A stretch of DNA of 64,000 bases from positions 3,038,001 to 3,102,000 of the forward strand of contig OZ316776.1 in the NCBI GenBank assembly GCA_973851085.1, read 5' to 3'. The translations under genes were made by a program, and so were the position numbers. This document shows, piece by piece, positions 11,943-25,000 of the stretch (position 1 is its first letter; the number at the start of each line of letters is the position of its first letter). The stretch is from Ptychomitrium polyphyllum. Taxonomy: Eukaryota. The notes beneath the pieces were generated by a model. It did not search any database. It had not been told where the DNA came from and saw only the letters and a program-made list of their open reading frames with translations.

Positions 11943-14900
11943 AGTCCTGTTCAACATTAGCCACATTTAAACACTATTATAATTACAACCAACAAAACCA
12001 TTATGAATACAATTTACAAGGACTTTGTGTATGCAAAATATGTTTTTAAATTTTTTGTAATCAAGTTGTCTTTACCGCATATGTGATGTTATGTGCATTT
12101 AAGCAAACAATCTTACTAATATTCTAAAATGGATTATAGTGAAAAATAATAATAACAATCAAATAATTTTACTTATTCAAATATTATCTATTTGGTTTTT
12201 TTAAATAAAGCGGTTTTTTAACTTTATATTTAATAAGTTGGGTCTTATTTTTCTTGATGTGTTTTAAAATGCAAGACTTAGTTTGAATGATATTAAAGTT
12301 ACAAAAAGTTTTATTTCACACTTTCATGATTCTATTTTTTTTTATAAATACCAATTATAAATGAATACATTAGCCTAAATCTTCTTTCACGCTTTTTAAT
12401 ACAAGTGTTATTGAATATTGCAATATTTCATATTAAAGGTCAATGAAATCAAAATTGGCTGCAAATAGATTTACATAGTAGTCATAAAGACAAAAGGAAA
12501 TCATATAGTAGACATGAATTTATTACAATGTAATTTTTGAATGTAATTTCAATGATTGAGCATAAAATATATAATGATTATTATTATTGAACAATTAATG
12601 ATTGGTCTATTGATGATGTTTGAACTTTTGCAATGATAGCTTTTTAAAGGTTTTAAATAATTTAACTTATCAAAAAAGATAGGTTCAATTTAATATTAAT
12701 TTCAATCTTTAGTACCTACAAAAATAAATATACATATAAATATCTTTAAAACCTATAAATAAATAGACAAAATCCTTTAATGTAACAAAATATGGGCATA
12801 TGTATATAATCTTTTGGAATCCTAATACTTTATGAATGGTAAATCTATTAATTAATTAAAATTAAAATTAAAAAAACATCAATTTTGTTGTTGATTGATT
12901 TTGCCTATAGTAAGTCTTTTAAATACAAAAATTGAATATATGATATAATAGCCAATATAATATTTTTTATATGTGGAAAAAACTATGAACATCAAATAAT
13001 GCTATTGAAATCTTATAACATATATTTGCAATATGATTGTAGGCTATAAATGTAATTTCTAAAAGAATATTGATTTTCTAATGAATAGATTATTGATGCA
13101 AATGTGATTTAAAAATATCATCTCTTATTAGTTTTTAACGGTATGTCCATTTATGAATCACATTTGCAAAAAATCTTATAAAAATCTTTAAAAGCTATAC
13201 ATTTTGAACTTATACTACTTGTTCAAAAGTATGTATATAAAATTTCTTTTAAAAATTTATTTTAAATAGCACATCCAACAACTTAGAGTCAAAAAATCAA
13301 ATTAAATTCAAATAAATAAATATCTTCAAATATTTATTTTTTAATTAAACATAGGTATAAAATGTACAATAATGGATAATTCATGCATTTGAGAATATTG
13401 TATATAACAAAGTATTTGGTTTTAGAAACCGTTGTATATGTAGGTACTTGGAGACATACGATATTCAAAATTGAATGCAATTTGTGGAATTAAATATATG
13501 TGATACCATAGAAATTCAAATCTTATGTTTTAAAATCCATTTTGTTACAAATCTAGTGCTTTGAGCATTGTTCATAAGTGGTCATCATAGTTCCAAAGGA
13601 TCAGTTCCTTGAAGGAATTTAATACTTTGTACAAAATAAATTCTAATTCTGTATTACATATATATTAAGTAAAAAGAATTGTTTTGGAGTCATTTTTTCA
13701 TACAATGTTTATCTTAATTAATGTGCATTATTCAAATACTTATGGAATATTTATAACTTGGTTATAAATTCAAAAGAAATTAAATTATATTATTGTATAA
13801 AAGAATGATGTTGAACAATGGTATCTTAAAGCCAGTGTACCACTATTTAAAGCATGTATAAATCCTCTCAAAGTTGCATCCAACAACTATCTATTCTAAA
13901 AATAGAATTATTCAAACATGTAAAACAAGAAGTTTCATCCTTCAATATCATGCACATTTCTACTCCAAATCCACACTCTATCTTAATTTAAATTTTATTA
14001 AGATTTTGAATAGCCAAGGCTCCTTTACCAACTCCAAGCAATTTATACATTATGAACATTTAAAATTCTACTCCTCTATATTTGATATGGTTTTTTTTTT
14101 TTAATGATTTTTGAGCACAATATGAAACTTCATACGTAGCTATTGCAATAGGGCTTCTAACAAGGCCATGGCCAATTTTTAACTTTCAAAATTGTACATG
14201 CAATATGTAATATTGAAAGCAAAGAATCAAATATGGTAGTGTGGTGATTAAAACTGTAATACCTACATACAAATTAAAATTACCACTAAATTCTAGAGCT
14301 TGAATTGAGTAGCCTACTTATAGCAATGGCCACTAAGATACTTGCTTTAAAGGATTAAGGCGCCTGCTTTGCATTACAAAATACACGTCTGCATCTGCTA
14401 GGAATAACGCGACCTATCGCCGTGGTAGGAACAACAGCGCCAGTTACAAGTTGAATGCCTTCCTTAGCAACCAGTGGGGTCGTTGGGAACATCAAAGGAA
14501 CATCTGCGACCGCACATAAGCATCAAGGGAATTCTAAAGGTGTAAGAGCATTTCACCGAAGCTTCAATTCTGCCACTTTTTGAGGATCGTGCACTGAGGT
14601 TCCTCTTCAACTTTGTATGACCGACTCCGCAAGTATGACCCAAACTTATACTGATACTGAGCCGTTTGAGGTGGTTTGGAGGAGATGCCCTCGCCATGAA
14701 ACGATGTATGGAATTCACCGGAAGGAGACTGAGGGCCTTCCCCGGTCCTTACGTGCAGCTCACCTACAAAAGTTTCGGTGCATTCTGTGATGACGACGGC
14801 AACAAATATAGTTCTGTAAATTTAGTAGCAGCCTTCTGCTAAGGCAGTCCAATCCTGGGTCAGCCTTACAAAATCTGTACAGTTTACACTTCAGATAGAG

Positions 14901-16518
14901 TATTTTAGGAATACGGTTACCGCTGTTCACTGCGAAGTCACAGAAGGATTCGGAATCTGAGGATTTCGTTTGTTCTTAATGTGGGAGAATGTCGCTTAAA
15001 TAGATCCTTTGCTGACGTAACGTGTAACCAGCTGCTTATTTATGTGCAAAGCTGCTCCAACCAGGGCTCTTTTCCTTCCATTTTTGAACCATAGCCAGAT
15101 TACTGGCATATGATTCTCGTTGTAGGTAGAGTGGCGACATATGCTATTTTTAGATTCATACTCATGTCTTGTTTTCCTCAACATGTGCAACTTTTCATCC
15201 ATGTATACAATTTTCATCAAAAACTTGCAAGCACCCAAATTGGAAACACAATGTTGACATACATATGAGAGAATAGAGAATATGTATATAAGCATTCCAT
15301 GAAAACAAAAATAATCAATAATTAATATAACATTAAAAATAAAATATTGGCTCTAGTTAGGGTTTCGAATTTTTTGTTTTCTAGTTTAATTTTTAAAAGT
15401 ATTTCTTTGCTTTTAATTCAAACAATAGCACTTTATCACTTAAAAATCAAATTTTCTTTGTTAAATTTCATAATAATTCAAAAATGGTTGAAAAAAATAA
15501 AACAATTGGTATAATAGAGTTAAATCAAAAAATCATTCAAATATGTAAAGGATTGATAGCCTTATATTAAAAAAAATTTAAGCAAAGTAGAGCAAAAATT
15601 GGTTTATGCCTTGCAATGAAACACTCTGAAATAAGGGCTTGTCATTTTATCCTATTATATTTAAATACATGTAAAAATGAAATTTGAGAAAGAACCCAAA
15701 AAATGGCAAATAGAGAGCTTTTAGTAAATTCTTGTCGTGCATAAAATATTTATTACAAATTATTATAACCAATAAGATACATATTTAATGAATTACAAAT
15801 ATAATAATGATATATCAAAATTGCTATATTAGGAAGTTTATTTTTAAAATAAATATTTTTTTGCTAAATTTCATAATATTTTTATTTTAATTCTAAATTC
15901 TTGGTTCCGAATCATTGTTAATTATTTTAACCGTAAGTCCAAAGATTCATATAATATCATGTATTTTTCATCTAATATTTTTTATTTTTGTGTATAATAT
16001 AGATAATTAGTTTTAAATATTTACGTAAGTGGAAAGGTAGGTAATTAAAATACCATAGTTATAAGATAACTTTGGCGTTTAATAACATATATTTTATTAA
16101 AATGCTATATATAATATTTTATCAATTTAGACCTTTTAAAAGATGTTTTTTTATCTAAATGGATTATTGAGTTTATATTAAAATTTGAAAGTTTACTTTT
16201 CATGTACAAATAAAGTTAACTCAAATTATTTCATTTGATAGAAAATATCAAATTTAAATGCTTCAAATTTCTAAGTGTAAAGAAATTATCCAAAAACATT
16301 TGAATTTTTCTCTAATATGTTTATAATGTTAAAAGGACTGCAAAAAAAAATGTATGTTTACAAAATCCACATGTATAAGTAATAAATGAAAATATAAAGT
16401 TTTTCAATGTAAAATAAATTCAATGAAAAATGAACATATTAAAAAAAAAAATTAATTAGAAAATTGACTAAATCTTCAAGAAGTATATAAACAATGTTTA
16501 AGATGAAAATTTACATGT

Positions 16519-16560
16519 GTATGTATGTATGTATGTATGTATGTATGTATGTATGTATGT
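16519..16560. repeat. (GTAT)10 microsatellite
   Basis: Perfect tetranucleotide run seen directly. Confidence 0.95.
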
Positions 16561-19500
16561 TGTAAATAATACTTCAATAAAAGTTCAATAATAAAGTTGC
16601 AAATAAATGTTTCTTAACAATTGATGGACTAATATTAACTACAAGGAATGCCTTTTACTTTAAATGAAGCTCTTAATTGCTTTTGTTTGCTAATATTGAT
16701 AACTGATGTCCATTATACCATGAAATGTTTTATTTGGCCACCAATAATTAAGTTAAAAATAAAATTGTGATGTACAATATGTTTTTAAAAAAACCACCAA
16801 AAACTTTCAAACCTTATATGATATGTTGAATACGGAGGAAATGCTTTGCTTGCAGTAGTTATTTGAAGATCACGTAATAATACAATTTAAATATTACTTC
16901 AATTGTATACTTTTAACAGTAAAACAAGCTTCTTTTGTTTACTTGTTCTTCCCCATTAATACAGTGATACTCATCAATCAAGGCTTCAGTGATTTTGCAA
17001 AACCGAATTGTTTGCAAATGTTTGGGAGTAATGAAACTTTGCCCTAATAGAAGCATGTTGAATTGTTGGTGGCTCATCACAGCTGCAATTGATGATACTA
17101 CTGTGCTTATCGAATTCAACAAAACTGAATTTGTACGTAATCAAACTCCGGTTTCAACAACTGGTAAAAAGAATAAAAATCTCACGAAAATTTTACTTTC
17201 AATGCGCACACTCCGGTGTGACACCACCCGTAAAAGTAATCGCATAGCACGTGCCACAATCCTCGCGAAGCGTGTGTTCACCTAATGATAATTTACTACA
17301 TTGTGTTTGCATGATCTTGACTCCGAGCTTCTTGGAATAGAAACACACCCTCATTTTAGTAGACTACCACCCAGGGTTCAGGCCTTATCATCTCCACCTC
17401 GCACACCCAATGTCAACTATGATCTAATTGGGGCCGAGGTGGGCCCGTCGGCCGTCAGGCCTTATATTGCAACTTCAGCAATTTGCACCCACAATTCAGG
17501 ATTTGATGGATTGCGTACAGTAATGTGGTCCCTGTCCAATACGTCGCTTGGAATGTGCCTCAAAAGTCCTCTGGCTGCGTGTATAAAATTTTCAGGACGA
17601 TCCATGGCAAATTTAGACTTTCAGGTAGCATTTTGTGGATGGGAGTTGACGTTGATTCCAATGAAGGTGGGCGTGATCATCCGGGGTAGTGCTCGGAGGT
17701 GGAATCTCTGGGACGTGGGTCCCACCAGGGAGTGGGCGTATGGTTTAAAGCAGACAGTTGTGGAGGCCCCACGTAGCGGTGAGTTATTACCACTTCGACA
17801 ATGTGTGGGGTAATAATAGCGACGGGCAGATTAACAGATTAAAGGTAGAATTTCCCCCGCTTAAGCTGTGGATTCTGCCTTTTGCTGGTCCGGGTCACTG
17901 TATTGGCGTCTCTGGAGTCTCTTCTTGGAATAAAATGGGTGGGTTTCAAATGCCATACTGGATGCACCAGTGTGTATGGTAGAGGGACCCAAAAGCAACA
18001 ACTTCCACAAAACCTTATTCTGGAGCCCCCAGAACCAACATCTAAACTACAGCTTTGAAACTTCGTAGCAATCATTGATTTGTGAACAACCTTTATATTG
18101 TTTGGGATCAAAGGTATATATTGGTTAAGAACAATCACTTTGAAAATTTCATGTTTGGTTCCATGTTACCTAATAATTTAATAAAATTCCAAAGTAATAA
18201 AATATATTGTAAGGTGAACTGATTGTGAATTGCTAGAAAAATCACTTCGAAAACTTGAATTTTTTTTTAGTTTTAGTGATAGAATTTTGATAAATTTACA
18301 TTCTTTTTAACAAAAAGTATTACTCTACTTATACTACTATTTTGTATGTATAAAACTTAAGCTATTGGTTTGATGTCGCTCTAATATAGATTTGAGCCAC
18401 TTTGATTCAAAGGCCTAAGTCATTAGAATCTCAAGTTTTGGCTAAATTATTTTACATCCTTAATGATTAAGGCTATTTTTTGAAAGATACAACTGAATAA
18501 AGATTTTAGTTCAACCAACTTTTCCAATTCATATAAAAATGCCACATTTAGTTTATGAATTTTCAAAATCCTTACCATTAGTAAACATGCTTAATTACCA
18601 TTATCAAGTTTTGATTTAAGAAGTAGTCAAAGCTTCTATTGAAGAATGTTTTATAAAATGAAAAATCATAAGTTCCATATCACCTTGTACTATTTATTAT
18701 TAAGTTTTGATCTAATTAATTAATAAAAGAGCTCAAGATAGTAAGTTCAAATGATTGTATTTTTCTTAATATAATCATTATTTTTTAAATTAAAAAAGAA
18801 CGTAAATTCAGCATATTATTTATATAAATTTTTGAACATATTGGATTTGAAAATCTATATTGTAGCTGCATTAATAAAAATAATTGAAAAATCTCAAATG
18901 GATGATATGTAAGTGAATGAATAAAGTAAGTATTTGAATCTGTTCCTGATCTAAAATTTAGATGATTTTTGGAAGTGAAACAAATTAGTGTATGTAGTAA
19001 TAAGAACATTTCAACTTATGATGTTTAAAATGCATTATTATTATTTTTTAAATCTTATATTCTCTATTTTCTTCTAGTTGCTGATGTTGTTAAAATTTTA
19101 TTGGAAATTAATTCCCTTAATTCTTATTGGATTATCTCATGTCACATAAAAAATAAACATTAATTGTTGCAGATAAATTAAAAATTTAAATTTCTTGATC
19201 CTTCTTTTCTTGTTCAAATTTCAATAATAATCCTTTGATCCAAATAAGATTAAATATAACATTATTTAATTTATTATTAAAAAAATAATTGCAATTATTT
19301 TTTAAGATTATATTTAATTTTCAAAAAAAATTATTAGTAATAATTATTCAAATGATGTTAGAATCATAATTGTTTCTTATTGGAAAAACAACTTCTTGCT
19401 ACTTTCTTTATACTGTTCATCAAACTAGGCTATATAAATCTTTCCCAAATAAAAATAAAAGCCATGCATTGAGCCATGCTATAATTATCACAATTTAACT

Positions 19501-22446
19501 TCTTCTATTTATTATCACATATCATATTTAGCAATCTTTCCATAAATGGTTGTCCTTTAGGACTAATTTTTTTCACATACATACATCAAAGTAATTATTA
19601 TTGATATGCTAAAATTTTCATCAATAAATAGGTGGTAAAAATTTTGATTTTGCTTTGTAAATATTAAGGTTTGAAAATAAATACAAGTTGAATCATTATT
19701 TTTAATATGACTTGAATTAATTATCAAATTTTAAAAAATGAGTTGTAAAAGCGCAAAATCCATTGTAAACCAGTGCATTAACCATCTAAAAAACAATTAA
19801 TAACCACTATTTAATGTATATACAATCATTCAAATTTATGTTAAAAATCCGTCATACATCAAGCCTAAGTCCATCAATGTAATGTTTTCTTTAAGATCTA
19901 GTGTAAATTCACTCTTCTTTTCATTACCATTGTTCCATGTGCCCATATACATCCATAAGTCCAAGTGCATTCTAAATCCTACAACCACCAATATTTCACC
20001 TTTTAAAAATAAAAAAATATTGTGCATATAATGGTTATCATAAATAAACAAATAAATAAATGAGATATATATATATATATAACAACAATGAACATGCTTA
20101 CTATAAATGTGATAAATATATAGTATTTTCTTTATTTCAAAATAGGAATGTTTACTCATATAATTACATTTTATTGAATTACATCCATCGTGGTGGCGTC
20201 TTAAATACTTTATGCATTTTTGTTTCAAATTAACTATTTTATCACCATTATAGTAAAATTAAGCTATGCTTCAATTGTTGAATCTTACCAAAAAAGAAAT
20301 TGCCATAAAACTTATGGTTAATGAAAAATAAAAATAGAATGATGAAATTTATATCATGTGAATTAATTATGAATTTTTGAATGAGTGTTATGGACAACAT
20401 TCTATAATTACCATTATAGAGTGGCCGTATCATTATAAAATCAACTATCATTTCAATGAAAATCCATCATATGTAAAGCTTATCAATATCACAAATTTTT
20501 ATTCAAAAAGCATAATATCATATTTCCTTTAATACCACCAGTACAATATTCTACTATTTCATTACCATCATTCTTCTATTTTATAATCCATTATATGTCA
20601 AGTTTATCATAATCACTTTAAATTTCATAACACTTTCATAAATGGCAGGCATAGAAAGATGGGAATTACTATATTCATATGGGAGGTTCATTCTTTATTA
20701 TCTCTAAAAGTAAGAAGTCCATTTTTTTTCTTTAAATTACTTTACAAACAGAAAAAAGAGAGTTTTGAGTAATTTTTTTTTTTTTGACATACCACATTCT
20801 TACAAAAAATTTAAATATTAGGCAACTAGGTGAGAAACATGCTATGGGTACAGTGTAGGACAGCCTCTCTTATTCCAGTCATCATGGTGTTTTGGAAGAG
20901 CATGCACATTCATGTACTAGTCGAAGTAAAATCATACCATGCACTCTACATCTCATCTTGTAATCAGTCAAAAGTATTGTGGAGTCCTTTATGATCTCAA
21001 GTTTGGAGATTTTTTGCATGCATGTGCGGAATGTTTGCACCCTCTATTCCAGAGTGGCCAAGTCAATCATAACATTCAAGCCAAGCACACACACTCCCAA
21101 ACACAATCATGAAACATCTCTAATTCTAGAAAGTGAGAACAACTAAGTGCATGCCCACAACAATGCACACTGTACCCCTCTGTCACCTCCTTTTGCAAAG
21201 GCCCTGTGGTCTGCAGGGTATTCACAGCTTGCAGTGATGGCTTGTTTCTCTTTAGTTGAGTGCTATCACATGCTGGGGTGGAGACCTTGCCAATCCAAGT
21301 CATTCTTGTTATTATCTTGCCTGCCTCTCATGTGACACAAGCAAGCAAGTTCACTTGCTTGTGTGAATTAATTCGAAAACACCTATTATTAAGGAATCCT
21401 TATAGTAAGTTCCTTAATTGAGAGTAGGCAAAGTACCGCAGTGATCTTAGACGGAGCTCAGGATGATGTGGACCAGCTGTACAATAGCACAGATGCTTAT
21501 TCTGGTACAGATCCAGTTGAGGTAATAACGACAGATTCAAAAAGAATCTGATTCAAGTGAAGCACAAAATAATTTCAGTGCAGTCTCTAGTATATCTACT
21601 GGTTGAATGGTTCAAAGTTTAATAATGTTCAAGCTGTTCCACTGAATGAAAGCTCCAGCTCTTTTGGAATACAGCCAAAGTAGAACAAAAATTTGGATTC
21701 TACTGAAGGAATGATTGAAAGTTGAACAAAGTTCAGGTTCTACTAACTGTTGTTCAAACTTACGGCTTCTTGAGTCTTAATGCATCAGAACTCCTCTCCC
21801 TTTAGCAAAGACGATTTTCAACATTTGTTGCTTGAAATATTTTAATTTCAGAATCAAATTTGGTCTAAAGTTCCAACTCCTGATTGAAAAATTGCATGTG
21901 AGTATAGGAGCTTGTTTCCATTATGCTTGCCAGATGATAATTTAATTTTGTGCCACAGATGGTATTCCACAAGTTTTAATCAATGACACTTTCACTTTGA
22001 TTTTTTTTATTAGTATTAAATATATTCTACAATTGGTGAATACATTGATATTAATCAATGATTATAATACATGTATCTGTACAATGCATATGTTGTAATT
22101 TTGGTTCTAAGAAAATAGTGCATGTCTATACATATTAAAAACATTTCTATAATACACTCTTGAATTACATTTCTATACCTTATAGGTGCTTGTACTTTTG
22201 TTATACTTCACCTTAGTGAATTTCATTAAGAATAGGAATATAAAGAAGAAATAGTAATTGTTGAAAACATAGTATATTTTTTAAGGAGTGTAAGAATACT
22301 TCTTCTTTATAAGAAATAAACTTTTTTGGTAAAGGTTTTTTAACATTATAAACTAAAGACCACTATCAAAAGCAATAAAACAACTTCATAGTTAGGGCTC
22401 TTGGTTAAAAGCAATGACTAAAAGAAGATCAAAAAGCTTTTTACAA

Positions 22447-22552
22447 AAGAATGACATTTTTCATTTGATAATTTAAATGTGCACATACTCTAATGAGAAA
22501 TGTATGCTATCAAATGAGAAATGTTATCTCATAAGAATGACATTTTTCATTT
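22447..22552. repeat. Cluster of ~20-bp motifs in direct and inverted orientation
   Basis: AAGAATGACATTTTTCATTT occurs at 22447 and 22533 (identical). Reverse-complement-like copies (AATGAGAAATGT) lie between them at ~22492 and ~22513. Confidence 0.7.
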
Positions 22553-23321
22553 AGAAATTTCTTAAATTTTATTGTATTAGAAAAGATGAAAATTACTTTG
22601 TACATTTGTTAGATTTTAGAATCTTATCTCAACACCTTGTACATGTCATTTTTTTTGTTTTTCATAACATCTAACACCAAGTTGTGAAACTTACATGAAA
22701 TCAAAACATATATTTTGTTTTATTATAACTTTATTTAGCTATTAAAACAACCCAATTTCACCTTAAAATGTGGAAAATCAACAATGATAATTTAAGGTTT
22801 GAATATGATTTGGTGACTTTAAAGCACAAATTCCATCTTTCTATTTTTTATTTTTATAAATGATTACAAAAGTATTGTATTTTATTGTTTATTTAAAAAT
22901 AATTTAAAGAAAAATCTTTAGGATTTGACTTAGATGTTGCATAAAATGCCCACAAGGAAATACTTTTGAAATTTTGGTACTAAAAGTTTTACCTATACAT
23001 GAGGGTTTGGATTAGCTAAGAATTTCAAAACCAAACCTTGTTTAATGACACAAAATTTAAGTTTGTTAAAAAGAAGTTTTTAAAATTCCTAAATGAAAAA
23101 GGAATTTGAAGATGCTTTTTACATCTGTATTGTTTTATTTTGACATAAAAATCTAACTTGCCATAGACTGATTACTTATAATATTTTTTAAGAATAGAAT
23201 ACAAAATGTATAAAACAAATTTTGTGTTAAGGTAATGTAAATTGAAAAACAATAGCATTTATCAAAAGTGAATTTTATTGAAGTTTGTAATTTATAACTT
23301 TCTTATTGTTACACCACAAAA

Positions 23322-23571
23322 TTATAATCTAATATTTAAAGTTCATAAGTCCATAGAAACATAAAAATTTTGAATATTTTTTTGTCATATCATTATGTGA
23401 TTTTATTTCAAAAGAAAGGATTTTAAAAGTTATTTGAAATTTCGAAATTCTAAAAATATGTAAATAGATTTTTTACTATATTATAAATTTTCAATAAATA
23501 TTGGATTGTTAATTTCATGAAAAGATGCCTACATTCCAATGATTTATGGACTTTAAATATCATTATTATAA
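23322..23571. repeat. Element bounded by ~30-bp inverted repeats, related to the 11.7-kb fold-back
   Basis: TTATAATCTAATATTTAAAGTTCATAAGTC (23322-23351) is complementary to GATTTATGGACTTTAAATATCATTATTATAA (23541-23571). AAAGATGCCTACAT (23521) is the exact reverse complement of ATGTAGGCATCTTT (11880). Confidence 0.6.
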
Positions 23572-24109
23572 ATCAAACATAAAATATTTGTATGCTTATC
23601 TAGTAAATATAAGACTTCATTTTATGATAAGGTTCTTTATAAAGATAAGACTCTTATGTCTTACTTATATTTTTTCTTTTCAATTCAAGAGCCTATTTTG
23701 ACAAACTATTATTAATTTGATCAATTAGACTCCTTTCATTTCAACACTCTACAATTATTTTCTTAATAAGCATTCGGCCTTCAAAATCTATATATTAATA
23801 TCAAACCTCATTAAAATCACAAGTTCCAAATTTTGTACACTAACATTCTCCAATTACTTACAATGAATTAAATTGTATAATCAAAAAAATTGCCAATTAA
23901 ATAACCAAGCTTGATGTTACAAAATTTTGCACATAGTACATCTTTAACACCTTTCAATTACACTCCAATACATCAAATCTTTAAATAAAAATCCATATAC
24001 TTTTATTCCCTTCTAATGCTCACTAATACAAATTTCATGCTGTAATCTTATTTTAATATCAATTCAAATGAATAAACTCCTTAAGCCCTCACTTCTTTTA
24101 ATCTTTCAG

Positions 24110-24560
24110 CCAATGAAAAGTTCCACCATGCAATCCAATGAGATGCGGTAACCATGCGTCCAATCAAGACTGTCATAAATATATTTTAGAAGCTTCCAAA
24201 AGGACCAAGAAGGTTCTGGAACATCTAAGAAGGTCTTACGAAGATTTAGGCATCTCCAAGAAGTTATTAAGTAGCTTCATTAATTTTAGAATGTTCCAAC
24301 AAGTTAAAGAAGCTATTGAAGAAACAATTAAGAGTTATAAGCATTATAATAGGAGCTACCATGGGCATACATTAGAAATTTTCAAAAATACCAAGAAGGT
24401 TCAAAGAAGTCTAAGTAGGTTTTTAAAAGATCCAAGAAATTTTTAGAAGATTTAGGCATTTCCAAGAAGTTCTCAATGAAGCTACTTTGATCTTTGAATG
24501 TTCCAATAGGTTAAAGAAGCTTCCAAAAAAACAACATGAGGTTGCTCCAATGCAAGAATG
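24110..24560. mobile_element. Decayed LTR-like / retroelement non-coding remnant with a ~206-bp imperfect direct duplication
   Basis: GAAGATTTAGGCAT(C/T)TCCAAGAAGTT at 24240 and 24446, each followed by GAATGTTCCAA..GTTAAAGAAGCT. The AGAAGCTTC/AGAAGGTTC-type subrepeats resemble those at 42240-42420 downstream of the gypsy element. Confidence 0.5.
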
Positions 24561-24938
24561 TTCATATTTATTACATAGAGATAAAATGCGCATTTTGAGA
24601 TTCTTCTCTTTAATATTTTGGGATGGAAGAGAGGTCTAAAATGTCATAAATTGAGACTTTGAAATGTCTCAATTTAATGAATATGGTGTTAAAATGCCAT
24701 ATTGGATGCATCTTAAAAAATTGCCAAAGGATTTGAGGTTTTTATTCTTTATAAGAATTAAGGCTAAAGGAATTTTTAATTTTGATACAACATCTTTTAA
24801 GGTCTAAATTCAAACCTTTGGCCTTGTATATTATTGTTATTCCTAATTCTTGATATAATGTCTTATTATTCCATCTTTTTGTTTTAAATTTTATTTTGGT
24901 ATTTCCATCAATAGTAAAAACTTAATCACCATGCAGTT

Positions 24939-25000
24939 CAATGAGAATCTACTATGATGTGGTCCAATGAGAAACCACTATGATGTGGTTTAATGAGAAG
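24939..25000. repeat. 26-bp tandem repeat (about 2.4 units)
   Basis: CAATGAGAATCTACTATGATGTGGTC / CAATGAGAAACCACTATGATGTGGTT / TAATGAGAAG. Confidence 0.8.

Noticed and set aside
21455..21475. AGCTCAGGA resembling miR390 or a TAS3 site
   Set aside because: Only a 9-nt match; no second site, hairpin or tasiRNA-like core.
24138..24446. 102-aa ORF
   Set aside because: Lies within LTR-like subrepeats and has no recognisable protein motif.
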